A stretch of DNA of 64,000 bases, taken from positions 3,499 through 67,498 of the forward strand of contig CAWCAN010000006.1 of the NCBI GenBank assembly GCA_963793615.1, in the 5' to 3' direction. This DNA is from an uncultured Chloroflexia bacterium. GTDB taxonomy: Bacteria; Chloroflexota; Anaerolineae; Anaerolineales; Anaerolineaceae. The translations under genes and the position numbers were made by a program. Positions 21,254 to 31,449 of this stretch are shown piece by piece; positions within the stretch are counted from its first letter, which is position 1; the number at the start of each line of letters is the position of its first letter. The notes beneath the pieces were generated by a model. That model saw only the letters and a program-made list of their open reading frames with translations. It searched no databases and was not told the DNA's origin.

Positions 21254-22399
21254 ATGTCCTTCATTACTGATCCATTCTTCCTGGCGGTCGGGCTCAGTCA
21301 TTTCGTCGTGGATATGATTAACAGCCTGCGCAGCATCATTCTGGCGTATCTCAGCGTACCGCTGCATTTATCCAATTCCACAATAGGCATCATCAGTACC
21401 ATTTATGTTATCTCAAGTGCTGCCGTTCAACCGGTGTGCGGTTATTTCAGTGACCGGATTGGATCCCGATGGATTCTGGCAGGTGGTGTTTTATGGATGG
21501 GGGTATTCTTGAGCCTGGCATTAATCGTACCGGGATGGTCATCCATAATATTTCTCATCATCGGAAGCCTTGGATCAGGTGCAGTCCATCCGGCAGGCAC
21601 GGCACAGGCTACCATGATTGGGCGGACTCGGATGGCAGGGCAGGAGACAACTGCTGCATCCCTATTCTCGTTATTTGGACAGACCGCCTACTTTGTGGGT
21701 CCGGTATTGGCAGGTGTGCTGCTGCAGTTGTGGGGATTACGCGGGCTGGCTGTTATCGCGGTAATTGCGTTTCCTGTAGCAGGTCTGGCATTTCGATTGA
21801 AGGACTATGCCCAAACTGCCACATCGCGGCAGGTGGTTGTACGCAAGCATGAGAAACAAAGCCTGGGAATGATTATCGTTTTAATTGCACTGGCTGGTTT
21901 TCAATCCTGGTCCCAGACCAATATCAGTGTTTTCTTGCCCAAATATTTAAGCGATGCCGGATGGCTGCCGGTCAGCTATGGCTTGATGACAGCTCTTTTC
22001 AGCGGAGGTTCGGCAATAGGTGTGATATCCGGCGGAAGATTGGCGGACAAGATCGGAAAATGGCGCGTGATTGTGTTTGGTCTTGGTTCCGGTTTCCTCC
22101 CCTTGATGCTGATTCCGATTGCTGGATTCTCTAATTGGCTTTATATTATTGTGCCTGTTGCAGGTTTTCTAACGGGTATGGCTTTCAGCGTCATTGTCGT
22201 TCTGGCGCAGCATCTATTCCCGGTTGGAATGGGTCTGGCTTCTGGATTAGCGCTGGGATTCATTTTCGCCAGCGGAGCGCTCGGTACTCTGGTGAGTGGA
22301 AACCTGGCTGACCTGTATGGTTTTGCTCCGGTTTTCTATCTGAGCGCATCGCTGGCGTTTTTGGGCGGTATGCTTGGATTCTTTTTCCGTAAAGATTAG
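21254..22399 (+). CDS. MFS transporter
   Basis: 381 aa with about 12 predicted hydrophobic helices and the MFS loop motif GYFSDRIGSR. Confidence 0.8.
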   Translation: MSFITDPFFLAVGLSHFVVDMINSLRSIILAYLSVPLHLSNSTIGIISTIYVISSAAVQPVCGYFSDRIGSRWILAGGVLWMGVFLSLALIVPGWSSIIFLIIGSLGSGAVHPAGTAQATMIGRTRMAGQETTAASLFSLFGQTAYFVGPVLAGVLLQLWGLRGLAVIAVIAFPVAGLAFRLKDYAQTATSRQVVVRKHEKQSLGMIIVLIALAGFQSWSQTNISVFLPKYLSDAGWLPVSYGLMTALFSGGSAIGVISGGRLADKIGKWRVIVFGLGSGFLPLMLIPIAGFSNWLYIIVPVAGFLTGMAFSVIVVLAQHLFPVGMGLASGLALGFIFASGALGTLVSGNLADLYGFAPVFYLSASLAFLGGMLGFFFRKD

Positions 22400-23257
22400 T
22401 CTTCAGACTGCATCAAAACAATATTTCCAAGTCCCATTTGAATTCTAATAAACAGTGTTGGACCCTCGCCTGTAGTGGAATATACCTTGTCCTTGTTGGT
22501 CCAGGTTCCGCTGATATTTACATTGCTGACACCATCGGTTACATCCACCTGGCAAGCCATCCCTTTTGGAACGATTATTTTCACTTCGCTGACAGCCGAA
22601 TTGATTCTTACCGAGGCATCCTGCTTCAGGGAACCGCCAAAGTCCAAGGTGTATGAACCGGCACCACTGGAAAACTCCATCTGCTTAAAATTGGCATTTC
22701 CCAGCCCCATAATCGATACTTGTGAAGCACCGGTGTGATACGTAAGAGATTCCATCGTCTCAGGATTTGGTTCGCTGAATAACACCTCGGTGCTTGAAGC
22801 GCCTTCGTTGATGGATAGACTGGTCAAAGCCAGTCCGCTCAGGTCAAAAGTAGCTTCATAAGCGCCGCCATTAATCGTGAGGTCCATTGGTTTCGCACCT
22901 AATTTCAGGTCCCATTCGTTAATCGTGTTATCCAGGTCAACCGGCAGTTTATCCCAGTTGAATTCCTGCTCGATTGATAATGAACCTACACCACGATCAA
23001 TTACAGGTTTAAGTTCTGCGAACATTATAGGTAATAATGCCTTCAACCAGTTTTTCGGTTCCAGGTTTCAGCGTAAATTTTCCTGCACCCATGGATAATG
23101 TGAGATTTACTGGTGAACCTGTGGAATGCTCTTCTTCAACAGTTAATGTTTGCGTATCGCCAGTTTTTTGGGTATTTACAGGCAATCCGATGGAACAAGC
23201 CAGGCTGCTTAATACCAGTACGGCAAGAGAAATTAGTATTGCGGGTTTTTTTATCAT
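22396..23257 (-). CDS. lipoprotein with toastrack-type (DUF4097/DUF2154-like) beta-rich domain (frame break ~23025)
   Basis: ORF 23009..23257 gives the lipobox signal (LSSLAC). ORF 22396..23046 has repetitive beta-strand segments of the toastrack/LiaG kind. Confidence 0.5.
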
Positions 23258-23287
23258 ATCTACCTCTTAATTATTATTCTATGAATT

Positions 23288-23322
23288 ATGGAGCAGACTT
23301 GCTTATTGAAAGTCTGCTCCAT
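23288..23322 (-). terminator. 12-bp stem hairpin between the beta-helix membrane protein gene and the toastrack gene (terminator or attenuator)
   Basis: atggagcagact ... agtctgctccat are perfect inverted repeats. The flanks are AT-rich, but there is no clean U-run. Confidence 0.35.
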
Positions 23323-23333
23323 TTATTTCACCA

Positions 23334-24467
23334 TTATTTTTCAGGGGGTAATGGCTCTTCCGGTTTGGATGATGCCGGTTTTTCTGATGCATCTTTTACC
23401 ATTTTCTTTATGGCATCTTCGTCCACCATTTGAGTAGTGCCCATAGTTTTCTTTTCTGGTTCCACCACTGGTGTCGAAACAACCGCAGCAGGGATGGAAG
23501 GAATTAACTGTACAGGTGTATCGCTCACACCATCGGGATAGCGGGAACCAAAGCGGGTCAGCACCACAGCACCAAAACCGACCATGGTTACCATGAGGAC
23601 GATCAACTGACCCAGGCAGGGTACCCAACCAATTGCGGCTGCACCCAATGAGAGCAGCAGTGTGCCCACACCTGCGGTGATCGGGGTGGACCAGGTGGTT
23701 TTGAATAGTCGTGCTACTCTTTTACCAAGCTCAAGTCCCAATCCAAACCAGCCGTACAGCAATGCCACAAAGAATACCATCAACACAAGCAGCACTAGTG
23801 GGATTCCGATAATTGTTACTGCCAGTATGAGACTGCCAAATAAAACCACCAGCATTCCCAGGGCACCAATGCCGAGTGATAAACCAAACCGGCTTGTGAT
23901 GGTCTGCGCCATTCTTTCATTACCTTTCGGAGAGATAAGCGCAACGATAATGGCAATGGTTGCAAAGGCTAATGCCTGAAATATGGAAAGGAAAAAATTT
24001 CCAATGGGTTTTAGAAAGTTGAAGGCATTGGATGGATTTACAGCCACATCCGGGACAATATCGCCAGGGTCGGATGAAGTAATTAACTCACCAGTTACTT
24101 TTGCCCCGGAATCCTGCACCAGGTTTCCACCAATGCGGGTGATGTCGCCATTTACGATGGCATTCTCATATAAATGCACGAAACCACCAGTGGAAACAAT
24201 GCTCCCGTTAACCACGCCATGAACTTCCAGCGATCCTCCGGTGAGGACAATATCCCCATTAACGGTAGAACCGTCTTCAAGGGAGGCAGAACCACCGAAA
24301 ATCACCATATCTCCATGAATGGATTGACCAGTGCGTAATACACAGGAATCACCCAATATAACGGTTCCACAATCCTGGGTGGTTGCCGCATTCACCGAAC
24401 CACTAAAGGTGAACAGCATCCAGAATGCAATCACAATACTTAAACTGATAAATTTAAATGTTTTCAT
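23334..24467 (-). CDS. secreted beta-helix (bactofilin / polymer-forming-cytoskeletal-like repeats) domain fused to a polytopic membrane domain
   Basis: Likely start is MKTFKFISLS... at 24467, 1 nt after the anti-sigma stop. Repeats include GDMVIFGGSASLEDGSTVNGDIVLTGGSLEVHGVVNGSIV, followed by about 5 TM helices and a Pro/Glu/Lys-rich tail. Confidence 0.6.
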   Translation of the reverse strand: MKTFKFISLSIVIAFWMLFTFSGSVNAATTQDCGTVILGDSCVLRTGQSIHGDMVIFGGSASLEDGSTVNGDIVLTGGSLEVHGVVNGSIVSTGGFVHLYENAIVNGDITRIGGNLVQDSGAKVTGELITSSDPGDIVPDVAVNPSNAFNFLKPIGNFFLSIFQALAFATIAIIVALISPKGNERMAQTITSRFGLSLGIGALGMLVVLFGSLILAVTIIGIPLVLLVLMVFFVALLYGWFGLGLELGKRVARLFKTTWSTPITAGVGTLLLSLGAAAIGWVPCLGQLIVLMVTMVGFGAVVLTRFGSRYPDGVSDTPVQLIPSIPAAVVSTPVVEPEKKTMGTTQMVDEDAIKKMVKDASEKPASSKPEEPLPPEK

Positions 24468-24468
24468 T

Positions 24469-25029
24469 TTATTGAACTCCCTCTTGGATAAGTTCACTTT
24501 TATTCGATTTCCTGAAGGTATAGTGCCACACAGCACCACCCCAAATGGCTGCAAGTGCCAGTGCACTGGTTGTTGCCAGGATCCAACCCGCCAGATAATA
24601 ACCCGCCGGGATACTCCTAAAGACAGGCAGGTATTCATATTTGAATTCACTAAAGAGAATTACCCCCCTGGCTGCGGTTTTAAATACTGCAGCCACAATA
24701 TCAGCCGGTGTGGTCGATACCATGAAGTAAATTCCCCACGCCAGCAGCATCGCAACCGTCAATCCCAACATGAATATCACCAGGCGCTTGGCAGACTGTA
24801 CCTGCTGACGGGCATGCCGGACTGGAAGGCTTTTCTGCCACCGGTTTACGAAACCAGGAGCAGGAGTTTTCATGCCTCCCGTTCTCATCTGGAGCCGGGC
24901 TGCCTGCCATTGGCTTTGCAGCAGGCGGCAGTGGCTGCATGACTCCAGGTGCTGCCGGGTTGCTTCTGTTTGCTGGGGGGTTAGACGATCGTCTGTCAGG
25001 ATCCATTCTTCATAAGGGTGATGGCTCAT
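24469..25029 (-). CDS. zf-HC2 anti-sigma factor, membrane-anchored
   Basis: Start MSHHPYEEW at 25029. The H-x3-C-x2-C motif (HLESCSHC) and TM helices are present. It overlaps the sigma factor stop by 20 nt. Confidence 0.7.
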   Translation of the reverse strand: MSHHPYEEWILTDDRLTPQQTEATRQHLESCSHCRLLQSQWQAARLQMRTGGMKTPAPGFVNRWQKSLPVRHARQQVQSAKRLVIFMLGLTVAMLLAWGIYFMVSTTPADIVAAVFKTAARGVILFSEFKYEYLPVFRSIPAGYYLAGWILATTSALALAAIWGGAVWHYTFRKSNKSELIQEGVQ

Positions 25030-25603
25030 AGTATTTACCTCCTGAATCTGGAAGCGTTTCTGGTACCCGATATTGTTGTGCAATCATCAACCGGGCACGG
25101 TGTAATCTGCTTTTAACCGCGCTGACAGTTGATGAAAGCGTTTGGGCTATCTCATCTTCCGACATTTCATACCAATAACGTAAAACAATCACTGCACGGT
25201 CCTCCGGTTTCATCTGGGCAAGTACTGCGTGGAGCGCATCGGTTTCTTCCGATTTACTTGCCAGTTTTTCGGGTCCAGGAGTGGGATCGGGGAGCATTTC
25301 TTCCATGACCAGGTCAATTGAAAACACGGGCATGGTTTTTTTACGCTGCTGGTCGATGCAATAATGGGCTGCGATGGAAAGTAACCAGGTCATAAAAGGC
25401 CGGTTAAAGTCATACCTGTTTCCGTGCTGGTATGCCCGCCAGAATGTTTCTTGGGCGGCTTCTTCTGCCTCACCCTCGTCTCCAAGCATGCGGTAGCAAA
25501 GGTTATAGACCGGCCGCTGGTATGTTTCTACCAACAGGCTGAAAGCCTCTTGATCTCCTTTGAGTGCCTGACCGAGCCATTCTGGTTGACTATTACTCAC
25601 CAT
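25010..25603 (-). CDS. ECF (group IV) sigma-70 factor
   Basis: Region 2 (YQRPVYNLCYRMLGDEGEAEEAAQETFWRAY) and region 4 (LRYWYEMSEDEIAQTLSSTVSAVKSRLHRAR) are present. Confidence 0.85.
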   Translation of the reverse strand: MVSNSQPEWLGQALKGDQEAFSLLVETYQRPVYNLCYRMLGDEGEAEEAAQETFWRAYQHGNRYDFNRPFMTWLLSIAAHYCIDQQRKKTMPVFSIDLVMEEMLPDPTPGPEKLASKSEETDALHAVLAQMKPEDRAVIVLRYWYEMSEDEIAQTLSSTVSAVKSRLHRARLMIAQQYRVPETLPDSGGKYYEPSPL

Positions 25604-25634
25604 TTACTCCAGAACCTGAAATGTTCTACTCTAT

Positions 25635-25661
25635 ATACGCAAAGCCGCCAGAATCGTTGCA
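25635..25661 (-). promoter_or_regulatory. candidate ECF-type promoter (GCAAC-N16-CGTAT) upstream of the sigma factor gene
   Basis: The minus strand reads tGCAACgattctggcggctttgCGTATa, about 34 nt upstream of the ATG at 25603. This resembles the AAC-N16-CGT pattern of ECF promoters. Confidence 0.3.
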
Positions 25662-25690
25662 GAATTGCTAACAATTGTAATCCTGTCGAA

Positions 25691-25721
25691 AAGAAAAATC
25701 CCATTGAATGAATGGGATTTT
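25691..25721 (-). terminator. rho-independent terminator after the Ser/Thr kinase gene
   Basis: Stem aaaatcccatt / aatgggatttt with a 5-nt loop. On the minus strand it is followed by a T-rich run. Confidence 0.6.
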
Positions 25722-25756
25722 CGAGTAGCAGGGAGTGTTAAATGTAAAGGTTATTC

Positions 25757-27230
25757 TTATTCCAGAGGGATAATCTCGTATTCAATTTGTGTGTTGGAAA
25801 TTTCGAGGTGATTAAGTTCAAATTCTGCGTTATCCATGGCAATGGAAAATCCATCATTAATCCCTTTGGAAAGTATGCCACCCACCAACAATAAGGGAAA
25901 GTCATTGTATTTCCGTAAGGAAAAAATAGGTTTGCCCTTTTTTTCGGTAATCTTTACCTCGAGTTTTGCCGGTCCGTACTTTGTTTCCGCACTGAGAAAC
26001 GCCCGATCTGGGGATTGAAAGTTCACATCAAATGAAGCAGCCAAATCTGCCGCATACATATCCAGTGTGCCACTGAGTGCATCCGTGGCTTCCTCTTCGG
26101 TTAGGAATTCTGAACGTTTGATATTTGTGTCCACAAAGGTGTAATCCAGTTTGGAAAATGCAGTCTGGATTAGGCGTGAGATGAGAACCGCACCGCCAAT
26201 ACTTAATAAAATGCTGGCAAGCAGCAGCACGCCTATCAAGGTTCCGAAGAATGTTACCAACCAGCGAAGTACCTTATGAGATTGGGTACGTTTTTGCATT
26301 GTTTCAACTGGTTTATCGGGCTGTACCATTTGGGTGGCGGGGATGACGCTTTGCCGGGTTGGAATTTGGGTAAGAACAGCCATGGGAGGCAGTATGCCGC
26401 GGGAAAGGTTTTCCAAAGCAACACCCATTGCAGCCATGGTGGGGAACCGGTCTTCCGGCACTTTGGCAATTGATCGCAGGATGATATTTTCCACCTGTTC
26501 CGGCAAACCAGGAAGTATTTCACTTGGAAGTGGTGGAATCTCTGTGGCGTGTTTCAGTACCACAGCCATGGGTGTATCTGCATCGAATGGCAGTTTGCCT
26601 GTCACCAGTTCATAAAATAAAATTCCCAGGGCATAAATATCTGCCCTTCCGTCCAGGGGTTTGCCAAAACTTTGTTCCGGCGACATATAATGCGGCGTGC
26701 CAATCCCAAAACCGGTACCGGTCAGGTCGGTTGTTGTTTGCTGCCCGAGCATCTTGGCAATTCCAAAATCCGAAAGCATGGGATGCCCGCTATCCGAAAT
26801 GAGAATGTTGGCTGGTTTTACATCACGATGAATAATGTTCTGACTGTGTGCATATTGCAGTGCATGGGTGATGGGCAGCAATAATTTGGCTGCTTCCTGC
26901 CAGGGAAGGGGTGCACCCATGCGATCCTTAAGCGTACCGCCTGAGACATATTCCATGACCAGGTAAGGTGACCCATTTTCTTCCCCATAATCAAGAACTT
27001 TGACAATATTGGGATGGGAGAGATGTGCCAGGGCTTTGGCTTCCCGCTCAAACCGGATGAGAAAAGTTTCATCATTTCCAGATGCAAGCAGCACTTTTAA
27101 TTGCCACAAATCGATCCAACCGGGTGTCCAGGGCTTTGTAAACGGTCGCCATGCCGCCATGCCCCAGTAATTCAACAATTTGATAGCGCCCAATGAACTT
27201 TCCGCTCAGGTCGGAATTGGACTCGGTCAT
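25757..27230 (-). CDS. Hanks-type Ser/Thr protein kinase with a TM helix and extracytoplasmic C-terminal domain (frame break ~27110)
   Basis: The N-terminus [33 protein letters not shown] lies in a shifted frame, with its ATG at 27230. ORF 25757..27193 carries [16 protein letters not shown] and the [10 protein letters not shown] segment, then a TM helix and about 150 aa of unknown ectodomain. Confidence 0.85.
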
Positions 27231-27432
27231 AAAACCCTCCCAAAAAACAAATTATGGATAAATGCAGACTATTGGCAAGACCTCATTATAGTATGAATGT
27301 AACATTAATACATCAATTTCGAAAATCATGGGAATAATGGTGTTTGTAAATGAGATGGATAAACCGTTTGCGTGCTACGGGAAATATAAATCTTGGTAAA
27401 TCCCAAAATTGATAATAGCCTTAAAAATATAA

Positions 27433-28342
27433 TTATCCAGTTTCCGGATGCTGCGGTTTGGGAGAAGATATATTTACCAGATAAATCCCAAGAAGCACCA
27501 CCAACCCGCCAATCCATTGACCGGTCATCAAGCTTTCGCCTAGAATGGGGATGGCAATTAATGCGGTGATGACAGGCTGGGCAATCATGGTGGGCGAAAC
27601 AACCGATGCGGAAAGGTGCCCAAGCGCATAAACAATGGCGTAGTACCCACTGACTTGGGAAATTAACCCGGCAGCCAGGAACATCATATAGGTATTAAAG
27701 GAATAACCCGTCAACTGCTGGTGGGTAACCAGGTTGGCAACTAATAAAACGATGGCAGTGGCAGTTGTTGCCAGCCAGACATAGGTGATGGTGGGTAACA
27801 CCGTTCTCCCTTTTTGCGTGGTGAGATAATAACCAGCATAAAAGAAACTGGAGAGAACTGCCAGGAAATCACCTCCGCTTAAAAGTGGGATGAAGCAGCA
27901 AGTTGTATCCCAAAACAATGGTGGCTCCAGCCAGTGTCAGCATCAAGCCCACCCAAAAACGGGAGCGTGGTTTTTCTTTCCAGAAAAGCCAGGCAATGAA
28001 TGCCACCCATAACGGAGCAATATTGTTCAACAAGGTGGCATTTGCCACCCTGGTGAGCATGATGGCAAAACCCCAGATGGCATGGTCAAATGCAGAAAAT
28101 ACACCTGCCATGAGCGGATAAAGCAGGTGAATGCGTTTAATACCCTTATGCTTAACTAATGAACTTATCCCGAAAGGCATAAAAACGAGGGATGCGATTG
28201 TCATGCGGTAAAACGAGGTTACCAGGGGAGATGCTTCAGCCAACCGGATGAATAATGAGGAAAGGGATAAGGCTAAAACACCACCAGCCAATGCCAGATA
28301 GGGGAGAATCCTGCGCCATTCCATGAGGCGGAATTGTATCAC
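27433..28342 (-). CDS. EamA/DMT-family transporter (frame break ~27890)
   Basis: ORFs 27869..28342 and 27433..27918 abut. About 10 hydrophobic helices form two EamA-like halves. Confidence 0.8.
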
Positions 28343-28378
28343 AGGTGTTCTTTTTTAGCTTTCAAATGGATGCTGGAA

Positions 28379-31141
28379 TCAGTCTTCCATTTCCTGGCGC
28401 AACCGGTTACGGGCTTTGGCGAAAAATTTGACGGCAAACCAGATGATTGGCAGCAGAATTGCGGTGCAGGTAAAGTTGACAGGCTTCAGTTGCACAACTT
28501 TATCAACCGTAATCTCATAGCGAACATCACTGCCCGCCAGTTGTTTGTCAAACGGGCGCACCCGCAGAATATAAAGACCATCCTGGGTTGGTTTCCACTC
28601 CAGGCTGGCAGCCTGGTTGAAGCTCTCAGGATTGGCTTCACCCACGACAACGTCACCCAATGGGTCGTAAAGCTGGAATGCAGCCGCTGCATTTCCATCC
28701 AGGGGCTTAGTGGTAATTCGGTAGGTTGAACCTGCACTGGCGGGGAATACCAGCCAATCGTAATCCGAGTAGCCGCACAGGGTGTGCTGCTGGGTCTGGC
28801 TGATTTCTATTGGCGTGGCACCTTGCAGGGTATCGTCACCGGGATCGGGGCTTTCAAATATATCCGGTGTACAGTCGCTTGCGATGCGAACGAATGCCTG
28901 GGCGGTATCACTGTAGGGTTCTTTATTGCCTGCTGTATCCACAGCACGCATGCGGAATTGATATGTGTGTCCCAACTCACCAACGAACCAGAGGGAACTG
29001 GAATCGGCGGGGATCGGTTTGCCCCAACCCACCCAATCTTCTCCATCACGTGAAAATTCCATATCCAGATGAAGAATTTCTTCACTGCCTTGTTCCACAT
29101 TCCAGTTCAGTTGCACGGCAGTCGTTTGGGATATTTCCGGTAAAGTTTCCATGCTGGTTACCGGCAAATCGATGACTTTGTAGATGTTAAAACTGACGGT
29201 TTTTTGACTGATGCCAGCCAGGTTCCTGGCAGAGAGCGTCCAGCGGTATTCGCCAACTGGCAATGTGCCAATTTCCCAAACCAAATCGGTCTGCCATTCC
29301 AGAATCCGGGCATATCCATCGGGTCCCTGCAGCTGGGCTGAATAATCATCCGCACCCGTGGTAATGTTCCAGGTGAGGGTGATGGCATCCTCCAGGGTTG
29401 GGGAATGACCGAGCGCTTCGGAAGGTAATATCGGTTTTGGCTCTTGGGGAGGATCAATACGTGGCATTACTTGCAGGGACTTTAACCAGCCAGCAGAGCC
29501 AGACAGGGTGATAAGGTCTTCTTCAGAATCCAGGAGTACCAGCCGATTGCCACCAAAACCAATGGCTTCATACGCCAGGACCATTAAATTCTGCCCGATG
29601 GTGATTGATTCCACCTGGTTTCCACCAAGCGGATTGAGTCCTTCCATGGCAGCGTAATCCCCAATATCCAGGGTTTGGCAATTGCCATTAAACCCGGCGT
29701 TGGGATATATGGCTACCTGGTTGTCGTTGGGAGTACATACCACCGGGGTAGGGGTAATTGTGGGAGTGGGAGTTGGCGGTGTGCAATCATATTTCATTTC
29801 CAAAAGGCGTGAGCCCTGCAATTTAGCAGCATTCTTGCCGGCAAAATCCACCACCTGTAAACCAATCATGAATGGTCCAAGGGGTACATTTTCCTTACAC
29901 AGGTCAAGCGAAGTTTTGAAGGGAGTAACTGTCTGGGCAGTTCCTGCTGCTCTCCAGTTGCCATCGGTTGAGATATACAACTGCATGGAGGCAATACCGG
30001 TATCGTCCTTCCCAAAGCCTTCCACGGTCATCATTTGGGTGCTGATGATGGTATCGGCTGCCGGAGCGGTAATGCCACCGGTGGGTACTGCTTTATCGCC
30101 ATTATTCTGGGAGAAATATTTATCTCCCGTAACACATTGCGAACCATAATTGGGGAATTTACTGGCTTCCACACAGGTGCGTGGTCTGCCACCGTTAGCG
30201 GTAACCTCATCAAACAGAATGTCAACCGAGGTACCCCAGAATGAATTGGCATTGGTGTGTACCATGAAATGTAAATGCGAACCTGAACTGGGACCGGTGT
30301 TATCAGCATACCCAATCAGTTCACCCTGTGCCACGGAAGCACCTTTAACCCGGAATGCCGCCGGGATGCTGTCCTGTGCCAGGTGATAATACACCTGGTA
30401 GGTGGTTGGTGTGGTGGAGGTATCTTCCAGGATCAGGAAATTGGCACTTTCGTGATAGTTGTTTGGATAACGCCAGACGGCAGTCTTGACCCTGCCACCT
30501 CTGGCAGCCAGCACTGGGAAATTGGTACCGTCTGCGAAGTCAAAGGCATACAGGCAGGTATCGGGGCAGGTCTTGTAAACAAAAACATGACCGATGCTGC
30601 CGGTCAATCGAACAACCCTGCCAGACGGGTAGGGTAGTTTATATCCTTTTAATGGTGTGCCTTTTTGCAAGCGCTGCTCTTTGGAAACATAACGGGCTTT
30701 CATCTCAGGATCGAGGACATCATCCGGTACCCGTTTGAGTGTTTTGGACCAGGATTTATCCGCTTGCAGGATAATTTTCCAGTCATCTGCATTTGTTCCG
30801 TCCCCACTGACACGTTCCCCGATTGCCAAACCCACTTCACCCGGGATTATTTCACCGGTTTCCGGGTCGAGCAAACTCAACCATAAGAGAGCGAGGCTGC
30901 CATCTGCGCTGTATGTAAAACGCTCAATCTTCACTTGATACACCAGGAAGGCAATAATATCATTCCGGTTCTGGATGCTGCTCTGGAATGCGGCAGATAA
31001 AGCGGTATCCCAACCAGGATTAACCGGAACTGGGGTTCCTGATTGCCCGCTTTCCTGGCTGCCATTCAACAGGGCACAGGAGGAAAGTAACAGCGACAGA
31101 ATGAGAAAAAGGCAAAATGAGAAGTATCGGCGACGTGTCAT
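28379..31141 (-). CDS. 920-aa M23-family metallopeptidase lipoprotein with Ig/FN3-like repeats, a PPC-like domain and a C-terminal TM anchor
   Basis: Lipobox LLSSC. M23 signature GELIGYADNTGPSSGSHLHFMVH. Thr/Pro linker PPTPTPTITPTP. Pre-peptidase C-terminal-like segment DYDWLVFPASAGSTYRITT...LYILRV. Terminal helix AILLPIIWFAVKFF. Confidence 0.8.
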   Translation of the reverse strand: MTRRRYFSFCLFLILSLLLSSCALLNGSQESGQSGTPVPVNPGWDTALSAAFQSSIQNRNDIIAFLVYQVKIERFTYSADGSLALLWLSLLDPETGEIIPGEVGLAIGERVSGDGTNADDWKIILQADKSWSKTLKRVPDDVLDPEMKARYVSKEQRLQKGTPLKGYKLPYPSGRVVRLTGSIGHVFVYKTCPDTCLYAFDFADGTNFPVLAARGGRVKTAVWRYPNNYHESANFLILEDTSTTPTTYQVYYHLAQDSIPAAFRVKGASVAQGELIGYADNTGPSSGSHLHFMVHTNANSFWGTSVDILFDEVTANGGRPRTCVEASKFPNYGSQCVTGDKYFSQNNGDKAVPTGGITAPAADTIISTQMMTVEGFGKDDTGIASMQLYISTDGNWRAAGTAQTVTPFKTSLDLCKENVPLGPFMIGLQVVDFAGKNAAKLQGSRLLEMKYDCTPPTPTPTITPTPVVCTPNDNQVAIYPNAGFNGNCQTLDIGDYAAMEGLNPLGGNQVESITIGQNLMVLAYEAIGFGGNRLVLLDSEEDLITLSGSAGWLKSLQVMPRIDPPQEPKPILPSEALGHSPTLEDAITLTWNITTGADDYSAQLQGPDGYARILEWQTDLVWEIGTLPVGEYRWTLSARNLAGISQKTVSFNIYKVIDLPVTSMETLPEISQTTAVQLNWNVEQGSEEILHLDMEFSRDGEDWVGWGKPIPADSSSLWFVGELGHTYQFRMRAVDTAGNKEPYSDTAQAFVRIASDCTPDIFESPDPGDDTLQGATPIEISQTQQHTLCGYSDYDWLVFPASAGSTYRITTKPLDGNAAAAFQLYDPLGDVVVGEANPESFNQAASLEWKPTQDGLYILRVRPFDKQLAGSDVRYEITVDKVVQLKPVNFTCTAILLPIIWFAVKFFAKARNRLRQEMED

Positions 31142-31170
31142 ACCCGCAAGGTTGCAGGTTTTGTGCCAGC

Positions 31171-31449
31171 CTATCCGCCTGCAACCGCCGGGAAAAGCAT
31201 CACTTCATCGCCATCCTGGATCAGCACATCCTCGTCGTTTATTTTTAATGGATTGCCGTTGATAAAGACCCGCAGATGAGGGGCGAGTTTGCCATCCTGT
31301 AAAGCAATCTGGGCAAAACCTGCAGGAAATCGTTCAGCCAGGGCAATAATCAATTGCATCAAGGTGAGCGGAGCAGGAAACGTGAGCGTTTCACTTTTGC
31401 AATCCGTGTATACACTCAGGATGTTGAAATACCGGACTGTAATTTTCAT
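31171..31449 (-). CDS. MoaD/ThiS-family small beta-grasp protein ending in Gly-Gly
   Basis: MKITVRYFNIL...VMLFPAVAGG*. Its ATG at 31449 shares one base with the TGA of the upstream AOR gene (TGATG). Confidence 0.7.
   Translation of the reverse strand: MKITVRYFNILSVYTDCKSETLTFPAPLTLMQLIIALAERFPAGFAQIALQDGKLAPHLRVFINGNPLKINDEDVLIQDGDEVMLFPAVAGG

Noticed and set aside
23334-24650. 438-aa version of the beta-helix membrane protein, with a 61-aa N-terminal extension overlapping the anti-sigma gene
   Set aside because: The extension is Cys/Trp/Arg-rich and non-protein-like. A Met followed by a classical signal peptide occurs at 24467, exactly 1 nt after the anti-sigma stop.
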